Virus record (IMG/VR): IMGVR_UViG_3300018466_000001
Location: 1-51,598 of that record
Source: a virus
Strand: one strand, 5' to 3'
Length of the DNA: 51,598 nt
The position numbers and the translations under genes are program-made. Every line of letters starts with the position of its first letter. Position 1 is the stretch's first letter. The notes below the pieces were generated by a model. The model was not told where the DNA came from, did not search any database, and saw nothing but the letters and a program-made list of their open reading frames with translations. Of this stretch, positions 39,482 to 48,649 are shown one piece after another.

Positions 39482-42400
39482 CGGGGCTCCGGGTAGGATG
39501 CGAGTTGCACGTTAAGCGCCGGGTTTCCTCGCGCGAGGTCGCGCAGCCCGTAATACCACTTCCTGTACATGTCCTGAAACGTGTTGTCCTCCGAGCCATT
39601 GAACACGATTGTAGGTGCGATGCTCACACTCTGCTGGACGGGCGCAACGGTTTGTGCGGCGCGGGACTGGCTCACCTCCGGCACGGTGCGAGGCGCAGAA
39701 GGAAGCGCGGCGAAGCGGTAAGGCTCGATCTTGAAGCCGTCGACCGCGTTGATGAGCGACTCCGTTAGTTTGTCGGCGGCCTCGGATGTCTTCTTCAACG
39801 CATCCTCGAAGGACATCCCCTGTAATTCCTTGCGCTTCTCCGCCATCTCCTTGGCGGCGTCCTTGAAGCCGTTGCCAAGGTCGATCATCGCCTGCCCTGC
39901 CTTCACCAACGGGTCTCCGGGAGAGCCGGGAAGCTTGTTGACCAGCCGCCCGATACCCCGAACCAGCGAGCCGATTGCTGTCGCGATTGCACCTGCTACC
40001 TTGGCGAGGATTTCACCCAGGTAGGACGCGACCACCGCGACAACCTTGAACACCGGGAACAGCAGCCGCAGCACGGGGATCATCAGCAGGGACAGAATCT
40101 CGCCCAGCATGCGCAGGGGTAGCGTGAGCGCGTCCAGTGCTGGTTGTAGCGCCTGAAAGAAACCCGTGGTGACTTCCATGACGGCGGCGAAGGGCACGGC
40201 CTTGGAAAGGGCCGTGGCGAGTCCGGCGCCACCCTTCACCGCCTCGGCCGCGTAGGACGATATGTTGGACGCGAACTGCCCGCCGGCAGAAGCCGCCTGC
40301 TCCACCGCCCGGACCAGCACCCGGCCAGCCTGCAACGCGCTCTCGCGAAGGGTGAGCAGGGCGGTGCTCACCAGCCCAAGGTTCTCCCCGAAGCCGTCTC
40401 CGAACATGCTGCCGCGCGCCGCGTTGCCCCCGCTGGGATTCAGCGCACGGTTGGCGTTGGGATTGAACATCCCCGTCATGTTGTTGACCGGCACCGCACC
40501 CATGTTCGGCGCCCTGCTGGCGAGGCCGTTCCACTGGGCCGCCATCTCCTGCAACTCGCGGTTCGCGATCTGTAGTTGCAGGTTCAGTCGCGCGAACGCC
40601 TGCACCGCTCCGTCCGGAGCCGCCGCGCCCATCTTGCCCAGCGCGGCGCCAGCCTGCGTGATCCTGTCCGTCAGGCTGTCAACGAGCGTAAGCTGCTGCT
40701 GGATGTTCTGCGGCAGGTCGTTCTTGAAGGTCGCCCCGGAGAACATGAAGAGCGCCTTCATATCCGCCGTGAGATCCTGTAGCGCACGCCGCTGGGCGGC
40801 CATCTTGTCCGCGCCTCCCGTCAGGTCCAGCACGGGCGTGCGAGGCTCCAGCGCCCGCGCCTGTCGAGCGTGGAGCTCGTTGGTGATCTCACCCAGTTCA
40901 CGGGCGCGATCATTAATCATCCCTTCGACCGTCGCCAACTGCTGGCGCTTGGAATCGATCAGGGGATCTTCCAGCGGTACGTTGATCGTGGGAACGCCCA
41001 AGGCGCGGTCAAGGGCCGTAGCAGCGCGCGCGTACCGACGAAGCGGACCCGGCTTGGGGGCCTCCTGCGGCGCGCCCAGCAACTTCAGATCGTCCGCCAG
41101 CGCGTTGCGCGTGCGGATCAAAGCATCCGTCGCGCGCGACTTCGCCATCAGGCTGGACTGTAGTACCGCATCGTCCATGGACAGCAAAGACGAACGGAAC
41201 TTCGACGCCGCCGCCTCGGCATCGGCCGCAGCCGCGAGCGCTTCCATCCCCACCATGACGAAGGATGCCGCGATGATGCCCAGTCCGATCACGATGGGTC
41301 CGCTCGCCAGCAGCAACGGCAGGAGTCCGATGGAGAGAGCCGTTGCCAGCGTGCTTACCGCCGAGATCACCCCACCGATAAACAGCACCAGCGGTCCGGC
41401 GGCGGCGGCCACGGCGGCGAAGGAGATGGCCGTACGCAGCGTGTACGGGTTCACCTCGCGCACCTGAGAGAGCAGGTTCGCCAGCCCATTCACCAGCGGG
41501 ATGACGGCCGGCAGGAGTTGTTCCCCGATGGCGGCGCGCGTGCGAAAGAGCGCATCGTTCATGTTCTCGAACGCGTTCCCCACGCCACCCGTCACGGCCG
41601 GCAGTTTCAGCAGTTGCTCCGTCAGCCCCTCCACGAAGGCGGTGGCCGAAAGCCCGGACTTCTGCAACTTCTCCGTATCCGCCGTCCCGAACGCCGCCTG
41701 CATTGCCTTGCGGACCTGCGGCACCCGCTCGGAAAGCTGGTTGATCTCCTCCGCGCTGATCTTGCCCTTGCTGGCAATCTGCGTGAGCGCCAGCGTCACC
41801 CCGTCCAGGTCAGCCTTGCCCTTGCCCACGGTCGCCAGCGCGTTGCCGAAGGCCATCAGGGACCGCTCGGCACCCTTGGCGCTGAAGCCGGCCGCCTGTA
41901 GCGAGACGGAGCCGCGAATGGCCTCCTGAAAGCCAAGGCCGGGCAACTTCGCCACGTCCTGCAACCGGGCCAGTTGCCGCTCCGCCTCTTCCGCGCTCCC
42001 CGCTACGGCGATCAACCCGCGCTTCAGGCTGTCCATCTCGGCGGCGGCCTTGACTACCGATCCGGCCGCAAAGGCGATGGGGAGCGTGACGCCGAGGGTA
42101 AGCTTTAGCCCTGTCGCCATGAAGCGGTCCGCGATCTCCTTGGCGGCCTTTTGCGCGGGCGTGAAGCCTTCCGACAGCGCTTTCTGCGCCTCGTTCACCC
42201 GCACCACGAAGCGGCCAAAGGCCCCGCCTGCCTTGTCTACCTTGCTGGCGAGCGCGGTTACTTCGTCGCCGGCCTGCTTGCCTGCCCCCACGAAGCGCCC
42301 CAGCGCGTCTCTACCGCTGTTCGTGGACCGGGTGAGGGTGTCTACCGCTGTGGAGGCCGTACGCGCCGCAGGAGCGATGCGGGTAAGCGCGGGAGCCACC

Positions 42401-42684
42401 CGCTCCGCAGGCTGCGCCAACTGCCGGAAGCGCTCACTGGTGCGGCCTACCCCTTCGCCTACGTTGGCTATGGCGCGGGCGGCTGCGTTGGACGGCTGCA
42501 CCACGCGCGAAAGCCCCGCCTCCGCCTTTGCGGTGGCAGAGGTGAGGTTGCTGGAGAACATGCCGGACAGGCGTTCCAGATGGCCCGCCAGTTCCAGCGT
42601 CCCGCGCTGCACGGCGGCGAAGGCGGCCAGCATGTCGCTGGGGTCCGCCTCCATCGTCGTAACCACTCGGGCAATCTGTACCAT
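39478..42684 (-). CDS. Tape measure protein
   Basis: 1068 aa, Ala/Gly/Leu-rich, with central hydrophobic segments. Lies immediately downstream of the G/G-T chaperone pair. Confidence 0.85.
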   Translation of the reverse strand: MVQIARVVTTMEADPSDMLAAFAAVQRGTLELAGHLERLSGMFSSNLTSATAKAEAGLSRVVQPSNAAARAIANVGEGVGRTSERFRQLAQPAERVAPALTRIAPAARTASTAVDTLTRSTNSGRDALGRFVGAGKQAGDEVTALASKVDKAGGAFGRFVVRVNEAQKALSEGFTPAQKAAKEIADRFMATGLKLTLGVTLPIAFAAGSVVKAAAEMDSLKRGLIAVAGSAEEAERQLARLQDVAKLPGLGFQEAIRGSVSLQAAGFSAKGAERSLMAFGNALATVGKGKADLDGVTLALTQIASKGKISAEEINQLSERVPQVRKAMQAAFGTADTEKLQKSGLSATAFVEGLTEQLLKLPAVTGGVGNAFENMNDALFRTRAAIGEQLLPAVIPLVNGLANLLSQVREVNPYTLRTAISFAAVAAAAGPLVLFIGGVISAVSTLATALSIGLLPLLLASGPIVIGLGIIAASFVMVGMEALAAAADAEAAASKFRSSLLSMDDAVLQSSLMAKSRATDALIRTRNALADDLKLLGAPQEAPKPGPLRRYARAATALDRALGVPTINVPLEDPLIDSKRQQLATVEGMINDRARELGEITNELHARQARALEPRTPVLDLTGGADKMAAQRRALQDLTADMKALFMFSGATFKNDLPQNIQQQLTLVDSLTDRITQAGAALGKMGAAAPDGAVQAFARLNLQLQIANRELQEMAAQWNGLASRAPNMGAVPVNNMTGMFNPNANRALNPSGGNAARGSMFGDGFGENLGLVSTALLTLRESALQAGRVLVRAVEQAASAGGQFASNISSYAAEAVKGGAGLATALSKAVPFAAVMEVTTGFFQALQPALDALTLPLRMLGEILSLLMIPVLRLLFPVFKVVAVVASYLGEILAKVAGAIATAIGSLVRGIGRLVNKLPGSPGDPLVKAGQAMIDLGNGFKDAAKEMAEKRKELQGMSFEDALKKTSEAADKLTESLINAVDGFKIEPYRFAALPSAPRTVPEVSQSRAAQTVAPVQQSVSIAPTIVFNGSEDNTFQDMYRKWYYGLRDLARGNPALNVQLASYPEPR

Positions 42685-42708
42685 TCGTGTCTTGCCCGGA
42701 GCAGGTTT

Positions 42709-43199
42709 TTACAGGGTTGTGCCCACGAAAAGATGTGGGTACTTCTTGGACAGCAGGTAGTACTTGACGTACTCCTCTCGGGTTACCGTCTCCCACATCT
42801 CGGAGACGGTGCGGTTCAAGAAGCCGCTCAGGAGATAGTCGAACTCTTCTCCTCCGTGGAAGAGTTCTCTTTTCCCAGCGCTTCGGCCTCTTCGCCGATG
42901 TAGGAAAGGCGGTTGACCACGGCCAGAATCGCTAGGCTGTCGTTGACGTGCAGGCCCTCAATTGCGTCCCGGTCCTCCTGGGAGTTCACGTTCCAGATCA
43001 GTTTACCCGTGCTCGGGTCCTCCGTCGCGAGCGCGATTGCAATCGTGTTCTGCTTTTCCTTCGCGGCGTTCGCCATACGCTGCACGGGGCCTGACATCAG
43101 GCTTCGCACCTGCACGGACGCACCGGCCACGGGCAGGGTCACGAGTTCGCGCTTGATGGCCGACTGAGAGGCGGACTGGATCGAGTCTTTGAGGCTCAC
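42709..43199 (-). CDS. Tail assembly chaperone G-T fusion, made by a -1 frameshift
   Basis: The -1 frame stays open from the slippery site to TAA 42709-42711. It encodes ...FDYLLSGFLNRTVSEMWETVTREEYVKYYLLSKKYPHLFVGTTL. Confidence 0.55.
42828..43199 (-). CDS. Tail assembly chaperone (gpG-like)
   Basis: 123 aa, between the major tail and tape-measure genes. Slippery heptamer lies near its 3' end. Confidence 0.65.
   Translation of the reverse strand: MSLKDSIQSASQSAIKRELVTLPVAGASVQVRSLMSGPVQRMANAAKEKQNTIAIALATEDPSTGKLIWNVNSQEDRDAIEGLHVNDSLAILAVVNRLSYIGEEAEALGKENSSTEEKSSTIS
42870..42876 (-). promoter_or_regulatory. -1 frameshift slippery heptamer G GGA AAA
   Basis: Zero frame reads CTG GGA AAA GAG, close to the lambda G GGA AAG site. 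Confidence 0.55.
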
Positions 43200-43235
43200 G
43201 AGTGGTGTGCTTGCGTTGTGGGGAGGGCGTTAGGA

Positions 43236-43664
43236 TCAAGCGAGCGTGATCGTGGTGGGCGCGTCGTCAACGCCTTCCCAATCGAAGGTGCGCGGGATGA
43301 TCTCTTCGTCTGCGTTCAGGCCGTAGGTCAGGCGGGTAATGTTTGCCTCGAACTGGTCAACTTTCAGGCCCGTGGTTGTGCCGAAGGGGCAGTATTGGAG
43401 GAATACCGAAGTACCGTTGCGCTTGGCGGTCTTCAGGATCTCTTGCCCCGTGGTGTCTCCATCATCGAACAGGCACTCTACCGAACCCGAGAGCGTGTTG
43501 TCGCCCGGCCGGATGGTCTGCCCGCCCAGGTACTTCGTCTTGGTGCGGTTCTCCTGTCCCTCGTCAATCGAGGCGTTGCGCACCTTGCCCACGACGGTGT
43601 AGGTGCCGGCAAGCGTGGTGGAGACGCGCACGCGGGCATTGGTGGGATCGTACGGAAACGGCAT
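43236..43664 (-). CDS. Major tail protein
   Basis: 142 aa, directly upstream of the chaperone pair. Confidence 0.6.
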   Translation of the reverse strand: MPFPYDPTNARVRVSTTLAGTYTVVGKVRNASIDEGQENRTKTKYLGGQTIRPGDNTLSGSVECLFDDGDTTGQEILKTAKRNGTSVFLQYCPFGTTTGLKVDQFEANITRLTYGLNADEEIIPRTFDWEGVDDAPTTITLA

Positions 43665-43692
43665 CGCGGTATCCTCGCTTCAGGTGTTGGTT

Positions 43693-43914
43693 TCAGGTGC
43701 CGCGCAGGTCCCGCACGCGCTCCACGATCTCTTCCTTGTTGGCGCCGATGGTGTCCACTCCGACCGCCGCCGCCCGCTCCGCCAGTTCCTTCATCGGCAG
43801 TTCTGCGGCCTCGCGCGCCAGTCGCCCGCGTTCGTTGTGCATGTTCGGTACGCGGATCACCTCGAACGTCGGCTCTTCGGCCGTCGCGTTACTCGGCTTC
43901 TGCTTGCTCGGCAT
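43693..43914 (-). CDS. Small protein (73 aa) with a SAP/HeH-like C-terminus
   Basis: ATG at 43914 with GGGAGAG upstream. Contains LPMKELAERAAAVGVDTIGANKEEIVERV. Confidence 0.45.
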   Translation of the reverse strand: MPSKQKPSNATAEEPTFEVIRVPNMHNERGRLAREAAELPMKELAERAAAVGVDTIGANKEEIVERVRDLRGT

Positions 43915-44062
43915 CGGTCTCTCCCGCTGGGCGTGTGTCACCAAGGAAGCGCGGCCTCCACTCCTCTTCCTGAACCCGCTTCGGCGCGGCGCCTTCCTCC
44001 GTCAGCAGCCGCAGCGCAGCAGTCAGCAGATGGATGAGGGCCGCTCGCGTGGATTCGGTCAT
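43889..44062 (-). CDS. Hypothetical protein (57 aa)
   Basis: ATG at 44062 in an ATGA overlap. Sequence begins MTESTRAALIHLLTAALRLL... Confidence 0.4.
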   Translation of the reverse strand: MTESTRAALIHLLTAALRLLTEEGAAPKRVQEEEWRPRFLGDTRPAGETDAEQAEAE

Positions 44063-44277
44063 GCGGGGAAGGACGCGGCGACTTCGCCCTTCTCTTTGTC
44101 CCAAATCCTGAAAGGGAAAATCCTTACATCCACTCCATCAAAGTTGTCTGCCCATATACCCACTTCGCCTGTTTCGGAGTCGGCCCACCTCACGCGGCGT
44201 ACCTCTTCCCCCGCCTCACTCAGAACGCGGTAGCGCCACATGTGGCCCTCTACCTCTGCATCTACTCGCATCCTCAT
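44059..44277 (-). CDS. Hypothetical protein (72 aa)
   Basis: ATG at 44277 in an ATGA overlap. Confidence 0.45.
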   Translation of the reverse strand: MRMRVDAEVEGHMWRYRVLSEAGEEVRRVRWADSETGEVGIWADNFDGVDVRIFPFRIWDKEKGEVAASFPA

Positions 44278-44681
44278 CCTGTCGGGTACGTGGTGATTCG
44301 GTAGCGCAGGTTGCCGTGCCTCAGAAGCCCGTCCTCTTCTTCCAGCGTCACGAGAAGATCCGGCTTAAGCACCGCCGTCCCGTAGCCTTCCAACGTCAGG
44401 GGCTCCACGACCGCCGCATTCATCTGCTCCGCTATCGCCGCGATTTCGCTGTCTTCTAGGACGCGGCTGAAGATGTGTCCGTTCAGGGTGTTCGCCCAGC
44501 CGTTTCCGCCGAGGTGGAGCAAGGCCGGCATCTCCGTCTTCTGGCCGATGCGCAGGTAAGGATGCATGGTGCCCTTCGGCGCGATCCCGTCCAGCACCCG
44601 CCCCCCGATGATGGCGGTCAGAGGACCGTATCCCTTCCAGCGTGCGACCGCCGCCTTTTGCACCGCAGCGAAGGAAATCAT
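44274..44681 (-). CDS. Tail completion/terminator-like protein (DUF3168-like)
   Basis: 135 aa in the head-tail joining cluster. Its start codon lies inside palindrome copy 11 (MIS...). Confidence 0.5.
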   Translation of the reverse strand: MISFAAVQKAAVARWKGYGPLTAIIGGRVLDGIAPKGTMHPYLRIGQKTEMPALLHLGGNGWANTLNGHIFSRVLEDSEIAAIAEQMNAAVVEPLTLEGYGTAVLKPDLLVTLEEEDGLLRHGNLRYRITTYPTG

Positions 44682-44685
44682 TTCC
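44673..44685. repeat. Palindrome copy 11, GGAAATCATTTCC
   Basis: Contains the ATG of 44274-44681 (MIS). Confidence 0.9.
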
Positions 44686-45064
44686 GGAGCGATCCCAAGG
44701 CCCTGCGCACTGCGTCGCCAACGGCCTTCGTGCTCCGCGCCTTCCGCCCCTGGTGCACCTGAAAGAGGAAGTCGTTCGCGGCCATGCGCGAGGTGCCGAG
44801 AATCACAAACCAGAAGTACGGCACGTCGGGGAAGTCTTCTTCCCAGTATCCGACATCGTACGTAAGACCTTCGGCCGAGAAATCAACGCGCGTCTTGCTC
44901 GCCATGTAGCCCGTATCCCGAGGGCACGCCGCCTCTGCTTCCTCGCGCTGCGCGATCCCATTGGCCCTCACGGCCTTCCGCACCTCGCGTGGCACGGCAC
45001 GGCGGGCGGCGTGGATGTTGGCAACCAGACCGGAGAGCCCGGTCACCTTGAGCCCGCCTCTCAT
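44678..45064 (-). CDS. HK97 gp10-like head-tail component
   Basis: 128 aa. MRGGLKVTGLSGLVANI...TGYMASKT pattern and position. Confidence 0.5.
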   Translation of the reverse strand: MRGGLKVTGLSGLVANIHAARRAVPREVRKAVRANGIAQREEAEAACPRDTGYMASKTRVDFSAEGLTYDVGYWEEDFPDVPYFWFVILGTSRMAANDFLFQVHQGRKARSTKAVGDAVRRALGSLRK

Positions 45065-45405
45065 GCTGCGCCCTTGGGCGTGATCTCAAATTGCTGGTGG
45101 ACGCTGAACGAATGCAGGTCGAGCGATTCGACAACGTAGGTGCCAGAGAAGCCAGTCCGGGGAGACTCTACCGCGATCTCGCTGGTTTCCTCCACCTCCA
45201 CGCCCAGCGGCAGAGACAGCAACAGCGCGTCCCCCTTCCTCTGCACTCTGCCCATCGTCACTACTACATCAGCCGCGCCCTTGATGCGCCCGCCCAACTC
45301 CCCTTCCGCGATTGCGTACGTCGTGATCGCCACGGTGTCCGGCATCTCTGACTCGGATATCCGCACGAATTCGGCTATGGTGCCGGCGTCGAAGAGGAGT
45401 CCCAT
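45061..45405 (-). CDS. Head-tail adaptor/head closure protein (by position)
   Basis: 114 aa. ATGA-type coupling on both sides. Confidence 0.45.
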   Translation of the reverse strand: MGLLFDAGTIAEFVRISESEMPDTVAITTYAIAEGELGGRIKGAADVVVTMGRVQRKGDALLLSLPLGVEVEETSEIAVESPRTGFSGTYVVESLDLHSFSVHQQFEITPKGAA

Positions 45406-45812
45406 CAGAACACCACCGTCACGGGGACGGATTCGGACGGCATAAAGGAGCCAGACGCGGAAACTGTTTCCACCACTCCGGCGTTGCCTAGCGCCACCTC
45501 GAACTCAGCCCTGTACTTCGCGGCTTCCTTGCTGAACCAGCCGCGTTGATCCTTGATGGACCGGCCGCCCACGCCTTCAAGGTTGGCAGTGTCCGGGGAG
45601 CCGGCCAGCGCCCAAAACTTCGCGTCGAATGCGCGGTAATATCCGTACGGTAGCGCGATGGCGTCACCCTGTGCCTCCGTCGCTCCGTCCGGCGTGAGCG
45701 CCGCCGCCTGCTCCAGCCACAGGGTGAGATTCGCGGGCAGGTCTTCACCCGGAAACCATGATTCGTACACGCGCCCCGTAGGCTGGATGAAGTCGGCGGC
45801 AGTCACGGCCAT
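45405..45812 (-). CDS. Head-tail connector protein (by position)
   Basis: 135 aa, downstream of the capsid gene. Contains palindrome copy 12 in frame (VETVSA). Confidence 0.45.
   Translation of the reverse strand: MAVTAADFIQPTGRVYESWFPGEDLPANLTLWLEQAAALTPDGATEAQGDAIALPYGYYRAFDAKFWALAGSPDTANLEGVGGRSIKDQRGWFSKEAAKYRAEFEVALGNAGVVETVSASGSFMPSESVPVTVVF
45459..45471. repeat. Palindrome copy 12, GGAAACTGTTTCC
   Basis: Inside CDS 45405-45812 (VETVSA). Confidence 0.9.
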
Positions 45813-45815
45813 GCG

Positions 45816-46073
45816 TCAGCCCTCAAAAGCACGGATCTCGCGCAGACGGGCCTTGCCGATACCGTCCAGCCCGAGTAGCTCCTCGTCGCTGGCGTTCTGC
45901 ACGGCTTCCCAAGTGCCATACCCGCCATCCGCCAGAATGCCGGCGTAGGGGTACGCCTCGGGAGTGCCCTCTTTCTCCTGCTCGGGCTGTTCCTCCTGCT
46001 CCGCTTCCTTGCCCTCCGCGTTCACGAGCTTGTCGCCGACGCGGTACAGGCCGCCAGCCTGAATCTCAGCCAT
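45816..46073 (-). CDS. Small acidic protein with a C-terminal helix-hairpin-helix-like motif
   Basis: Contains LLGLDGIGKARLREIRAFEG. Confidence 0.45.
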   Translation of the reverse strand: MAEIQAGGLYRVGDKLVNAEGKEAEQEEQPEQEKEGTPEAYPYAGILADGGYGTWEAVQNASDEELLGLDGIGKARLREIRAFEG

Positions 46074-46091
46074 ATCGTTTCACTCCCCCGA

Positions 46092-47189
46092 TCAGGTGAA
46101 GGTGGGCGCCGTGTAGACTCCGCCGCTCCCAGCGTTCGCCCACAGGATCGCCCCGTTGGTGCGCGTCCACGCGCCGAAGCCGAACAGGGACGCCATGTGC
46201 CGGGCGTGCAGAAGGAACAGCTCCGTCTCCGCGTCGATGTAAAGGCCCTGCAACTGGCGCTCGGGCGGGATGCGCATGCGGAGAGGCTTGCGCGCATCGC
46301 TCGCGTCGAAGGCGAAGTAGTACTCGGCAGGCATCCACGGCTTCGTCCAGACTTCCGCGCCGTGGAAACGGCCGATGGCGCGGTTGTCCAGCCGGGACAT
46401 GTCAAGCACGCCGTCCGCCCGGTTGTTGGCGGTGCCGGGGATGATGCCGGCCTCCACGTACGGCGCGAAGTCCGTCAGCGTCTTTACGACCGCTTCCTGC
46501 GCCCTGTTGATGTAGATGCGCAGCGCGCCGCCGTGATCGTGCTCCACCACGTTGTCCACGAGCGCGATCAGGGCCGTGTTGAGCCCGGCGCCGGACGTGC
46601 TCGCCGTGGCGACGTAGTGCGTGTGCGTTGCCCCGTTGAACGAGAGGGCGTTGCGGTTGATCGGAATGGGGTCGCCGTCCGCGTTGAGCAGGCGCTTGAC
46701 CGCCAGCGTCTCGCCCACGGCTTCGGTGGCGAAGCGCTCGACTGCGGTAAAGTTGGTGGGACCAAAGAGGGTGTCGCGGATGCCGCGCCGCAGGGCGTTG
46801 ACATGACCGCGCTGCATCAGCAGTTGCTTTTCGATCATGTCCGAGACGGTGGAGCGGATGAAGTAGTCCCGCGTCCAGCCGGTGGCGATCTGGCGCTTGC
46901 GCATCGGCCATGCGACCTTGCCGCGAGCCTGTGCCTTCTGCGTCCGCACCTCGCCAAACTCATCCACTTCTTCCATGTTGGCGTCCTGCTCGACCCCATA
47001 CGTCCCCGTGCGCTCCGTGGTAGGGGCAACCAGATCGCCAAGCATGTTCTGAACCTGCGCGTTGTGCGCAGCCAGGGCATCCGTGAGCGGCTGGACGAGG
47101 TTTTCTACGCCGTAGTCGATGATGCGGCTTTCGGCCGCGTCGCGGTTGCTGAGCAGATCCGCGATTGTGTAGGTGCCAGTTACGGCCAT
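46092..47189 (-). CDS. Major capsid protein
   Basis: 365 aa, directly after the scaffold and decoration-like genes. The long plus-strand ORF 46197-47606 is its antisense shadow. Confidence 0.7.
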   Translation of the reverse strand: MAVTGTYTIADLLSNRDAAESRIIDYGVENLVQPLTDALAAHNAQVQNMLGDLVAPTTERTGTYGVEQDANMEEVDEFGEVRTQKAQARGKVAWPMRKRQIATGWTRDYFIRSTVSDMIEKQLLMQRGHVNALRRGIRDTLFGPTNFTAVERFATEAVGETLAVKRLLNADGDPIPINRNALSFNGATHTHYVATASTSGAGLNTALIALVDNVVEHDHGGALRIYINRAQEAVVKTLTDFAPYVEAGIIPGTANNRADGVLDMSRLDNRAIGRFHGAEVWTKPWMPAEYYFAFDASDARKPLRMRIPPERQLQGLYIDAETELFLLHARHMASLFGFGAWTRTNGAILWANAGSGGVYTAPTFT

Positions 47190-47201
47190 GTGCGGATCTC
47201 C

Positions 47202-47612
47202 TTAAGCGACGAGTGCACGGACGACGATATCCGTGGGGGAGATGATCTTGGCGATTGCGACGGTGCCGCCAGTGGTCGCGGCATCGGCCAGCCTACCAGC
47301 CGTAGCGCCCAGGTAGAGGGGGCCGGGAGCGGCGAAGTCGCCGTACCCGAACCGGGTGCCGGGGCCGAACAGCTTCACCGGCTCGCCAGCCGCGTAGGCC
47401 ACGGGCGTAAACCCGTCCACCTTGGCGGCGGCGTCGGCTGCGGTGCCGTTGCTCATGTACACCATCATCCGTCCGCCGACAAACTCCTTGATGTAGCAGG
47501 GCGCAACGGCGTCCAGCGCCTCACCCGCAATGTAGTCGCCGGACAGTTGCGCGGCCTTCATGCCGGTGGTCGTATCCACATGCGCCGTAGCGGCGCGAGT
47601 AACTAGAGCCAT
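47202..47612 (-). CDS. DUF2190-like head decoration/cement protein
   Basis: 136 aa. The pattern ...AGEALDAVAPCYIKE...DGFTPVAYAAGEPVKLFGPGTRF... is typical of DUF2190 proteins next to capsid genes. Confidence 0.5.
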   Translation of the reverse strand: MALVTRAATAHVDTTTGMKAAQLSGDYIAGEALDAVAPCYIKEFVGGRMMVYMSNGTAADAAAKVDGFTPVAYAAGEPVKLFGPGTRFGYGDFAAPGPLYLGATAGRLADAATTGGTVAIAKIISPTDIVVRALVA

Positions 47613-47636
47613 GTTGAACCCTTGTGTCAGTGTGCG

Positions 47637-48302
47637 TCAGACGGAATAGTCTACCCGCGCCGTCACCGCCTTCTTGTGGTCTTCTGCCGTGCGCGCGCCA
47701 TCCGAAGAGGCGCCGCGCCCGCCGCGCTGTGCTGGCAGCGTGGGGTCCCCGCTACCAGCCTTGGCCGCGAACATGGTGTCGGGCAGGCTCTTGGCCTTCG
47801 CCCACTCGGAAAGACGCATCGCCTTACCGTCCACGGTCACGTAGCCCACCGCCAGCGTCTTTTTCACCTTCGCACCACCCTCGGACACTTCAACCTCTTC
47901 GTCCTTGGTCTCGAAGGGCGCATCTCCGAGGATCATGTCCAGCACGTTCGCGCTCTCCGGGACCCATCCCTCGGTAACCACGGCCTTCGCAAGCCCGTCC
48001 TGCCGCTCTCGGGTTGCGACTTTGCTCTTCAGGTCGCCGTGTTCCGTGACGATCTTCTTGACCTCGGCGGCGGGCAGTGCGAGGGCCTGTAGCGCCTCCC
48101 ATTCCTTCGCTTCCTCCGCAGTCAGCACCTTCGATCCTTCGGCGGGGACGGCCTTTAGCTTCTCGTCGCGCTCGCGGATCTCGTCACGCTGCTTCTGGTT
48201 GTCCTTCTCCAGCTTCGCCACCTTGGACGTGATGTCCGTGGGGCTCATCTGAAGGGCCAGGAACGACAGGTATTCGCGGTGCTGTGCTTCGGTGATTTCC
48301 AT
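47637..48302 (-). CDS. Scaffolding protein
   Basis: 221 aa, charged and coiled-coil (KVAKLEKDNQKQRDEIRERDEKLK), immediately upstream of the capsid genes. Confidence 0.65.
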   Translation of the reverse strand: MEITEAQHREYLSFLALQMSPTDITSKVAKLEKDNQKQRDEIRERDEKLKAVPAEGSKVLTAEEAKEWEALQALALPAAEVKKIVTEHGDLKSKVATRERQDGLAKAVVTEGWVPESANVLDMILGDAPFETKDEEVEVSEGGAKVKKTLAVGYVTVDGKAMRLSEWAKAKSLPDTMFAAKAGSGDPTLPAQRGGRGASSDGARTAEDHKKAVTARVDYSV

Positions 48303-48427
48303 CAGTGCTTCCGCATCGGAAGGTGGCGCTACGGCATCCGTAGCGAGGTGGGATCTGGTGCGTCCTGGCGCATCGCTGGACGCGTTTACTGCGGGGGTGC
48401 TGAGACCCTGGGTTGGTGCCTAACGAC

Positions 48428-48469
48428 AAAAAGCCCCGCCCTCCGCGCATCGCGAAGGAAGGAGCCTTT
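48428..48469 (-). terminator. Intrinsic terminator (long GC hairpin plus U5) for the tRNA-like RNA unit
   Basis: Minus-strand RNA: AAAGGCUCCUUCCUUCGCG-AUG-CGCGGAGGGCGGGGCUUUUU. Confidence 0.55.
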
Positions 48470-48555
48470 CCCGTGGCCCTGTGTCCCGTGTCTCCCTACA
48501 TGGTCTCAGGCGCCGGGACAGCGCTCTTCAGGAGCTACCCTAGAGACCATTTAAG

Positions 48556-48627
48556 GCGCGGCGGAGGGATTCGAACCCGCCCGGCGGTAGCAACCTAGCG
48601 CTACCGCTTCCCACTTCTCTCGCCGCA
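48556..48627 (-). ncRNA. 72-nt tRNA-like element lacking a canonical D-arm and anticodon loop
   Basis: Acceptor UGCGGCG/CGCCGCG, T-arm GCGGG-UUCGAAU-CCCUC (one mismatch), and a central 8-bp hairpin GCGGUAGC-GCUAGGUU-GCUACCGC. Confidence 0.45.
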
Positions 48628-48649
48628 CCGGTCTTTACTTCATACCTGC

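Noticed and set aside
40262-41467. Long plus-strand ORFs (for example 40262-41467, 42050-42903, 43343-44233, 46197-47606, 37284-38090) lying opposite the tail and capsid genes
   Set aside because: They are antisense shadow ORFs, typical of GC-rich DNA. Their products are Arg/Ala/Pro-rich and low-complexity, they lack ribosome-binding sites, and they fully overlap well-supported minus-strand structural genes.
48556-48627. attP core derived from a host tRNA 3' half, or a suppressor tRNA with an 8-nt anticodon loop containing CUA
   Set aside because: No integrase or excisionase is present anywhere in the genome. The suppressor idea fails because there is no D stem, no U33 context, and the central helix is 8 bp rather than 5 bp.
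48635-48643. Mini-ORF ATG-AAG-TAA at the predicted 5' end of the tRNA-like RNA unit
   Set aside because: At two codons it is too short to evaluate and is probably coincidental with the promoter spacing.
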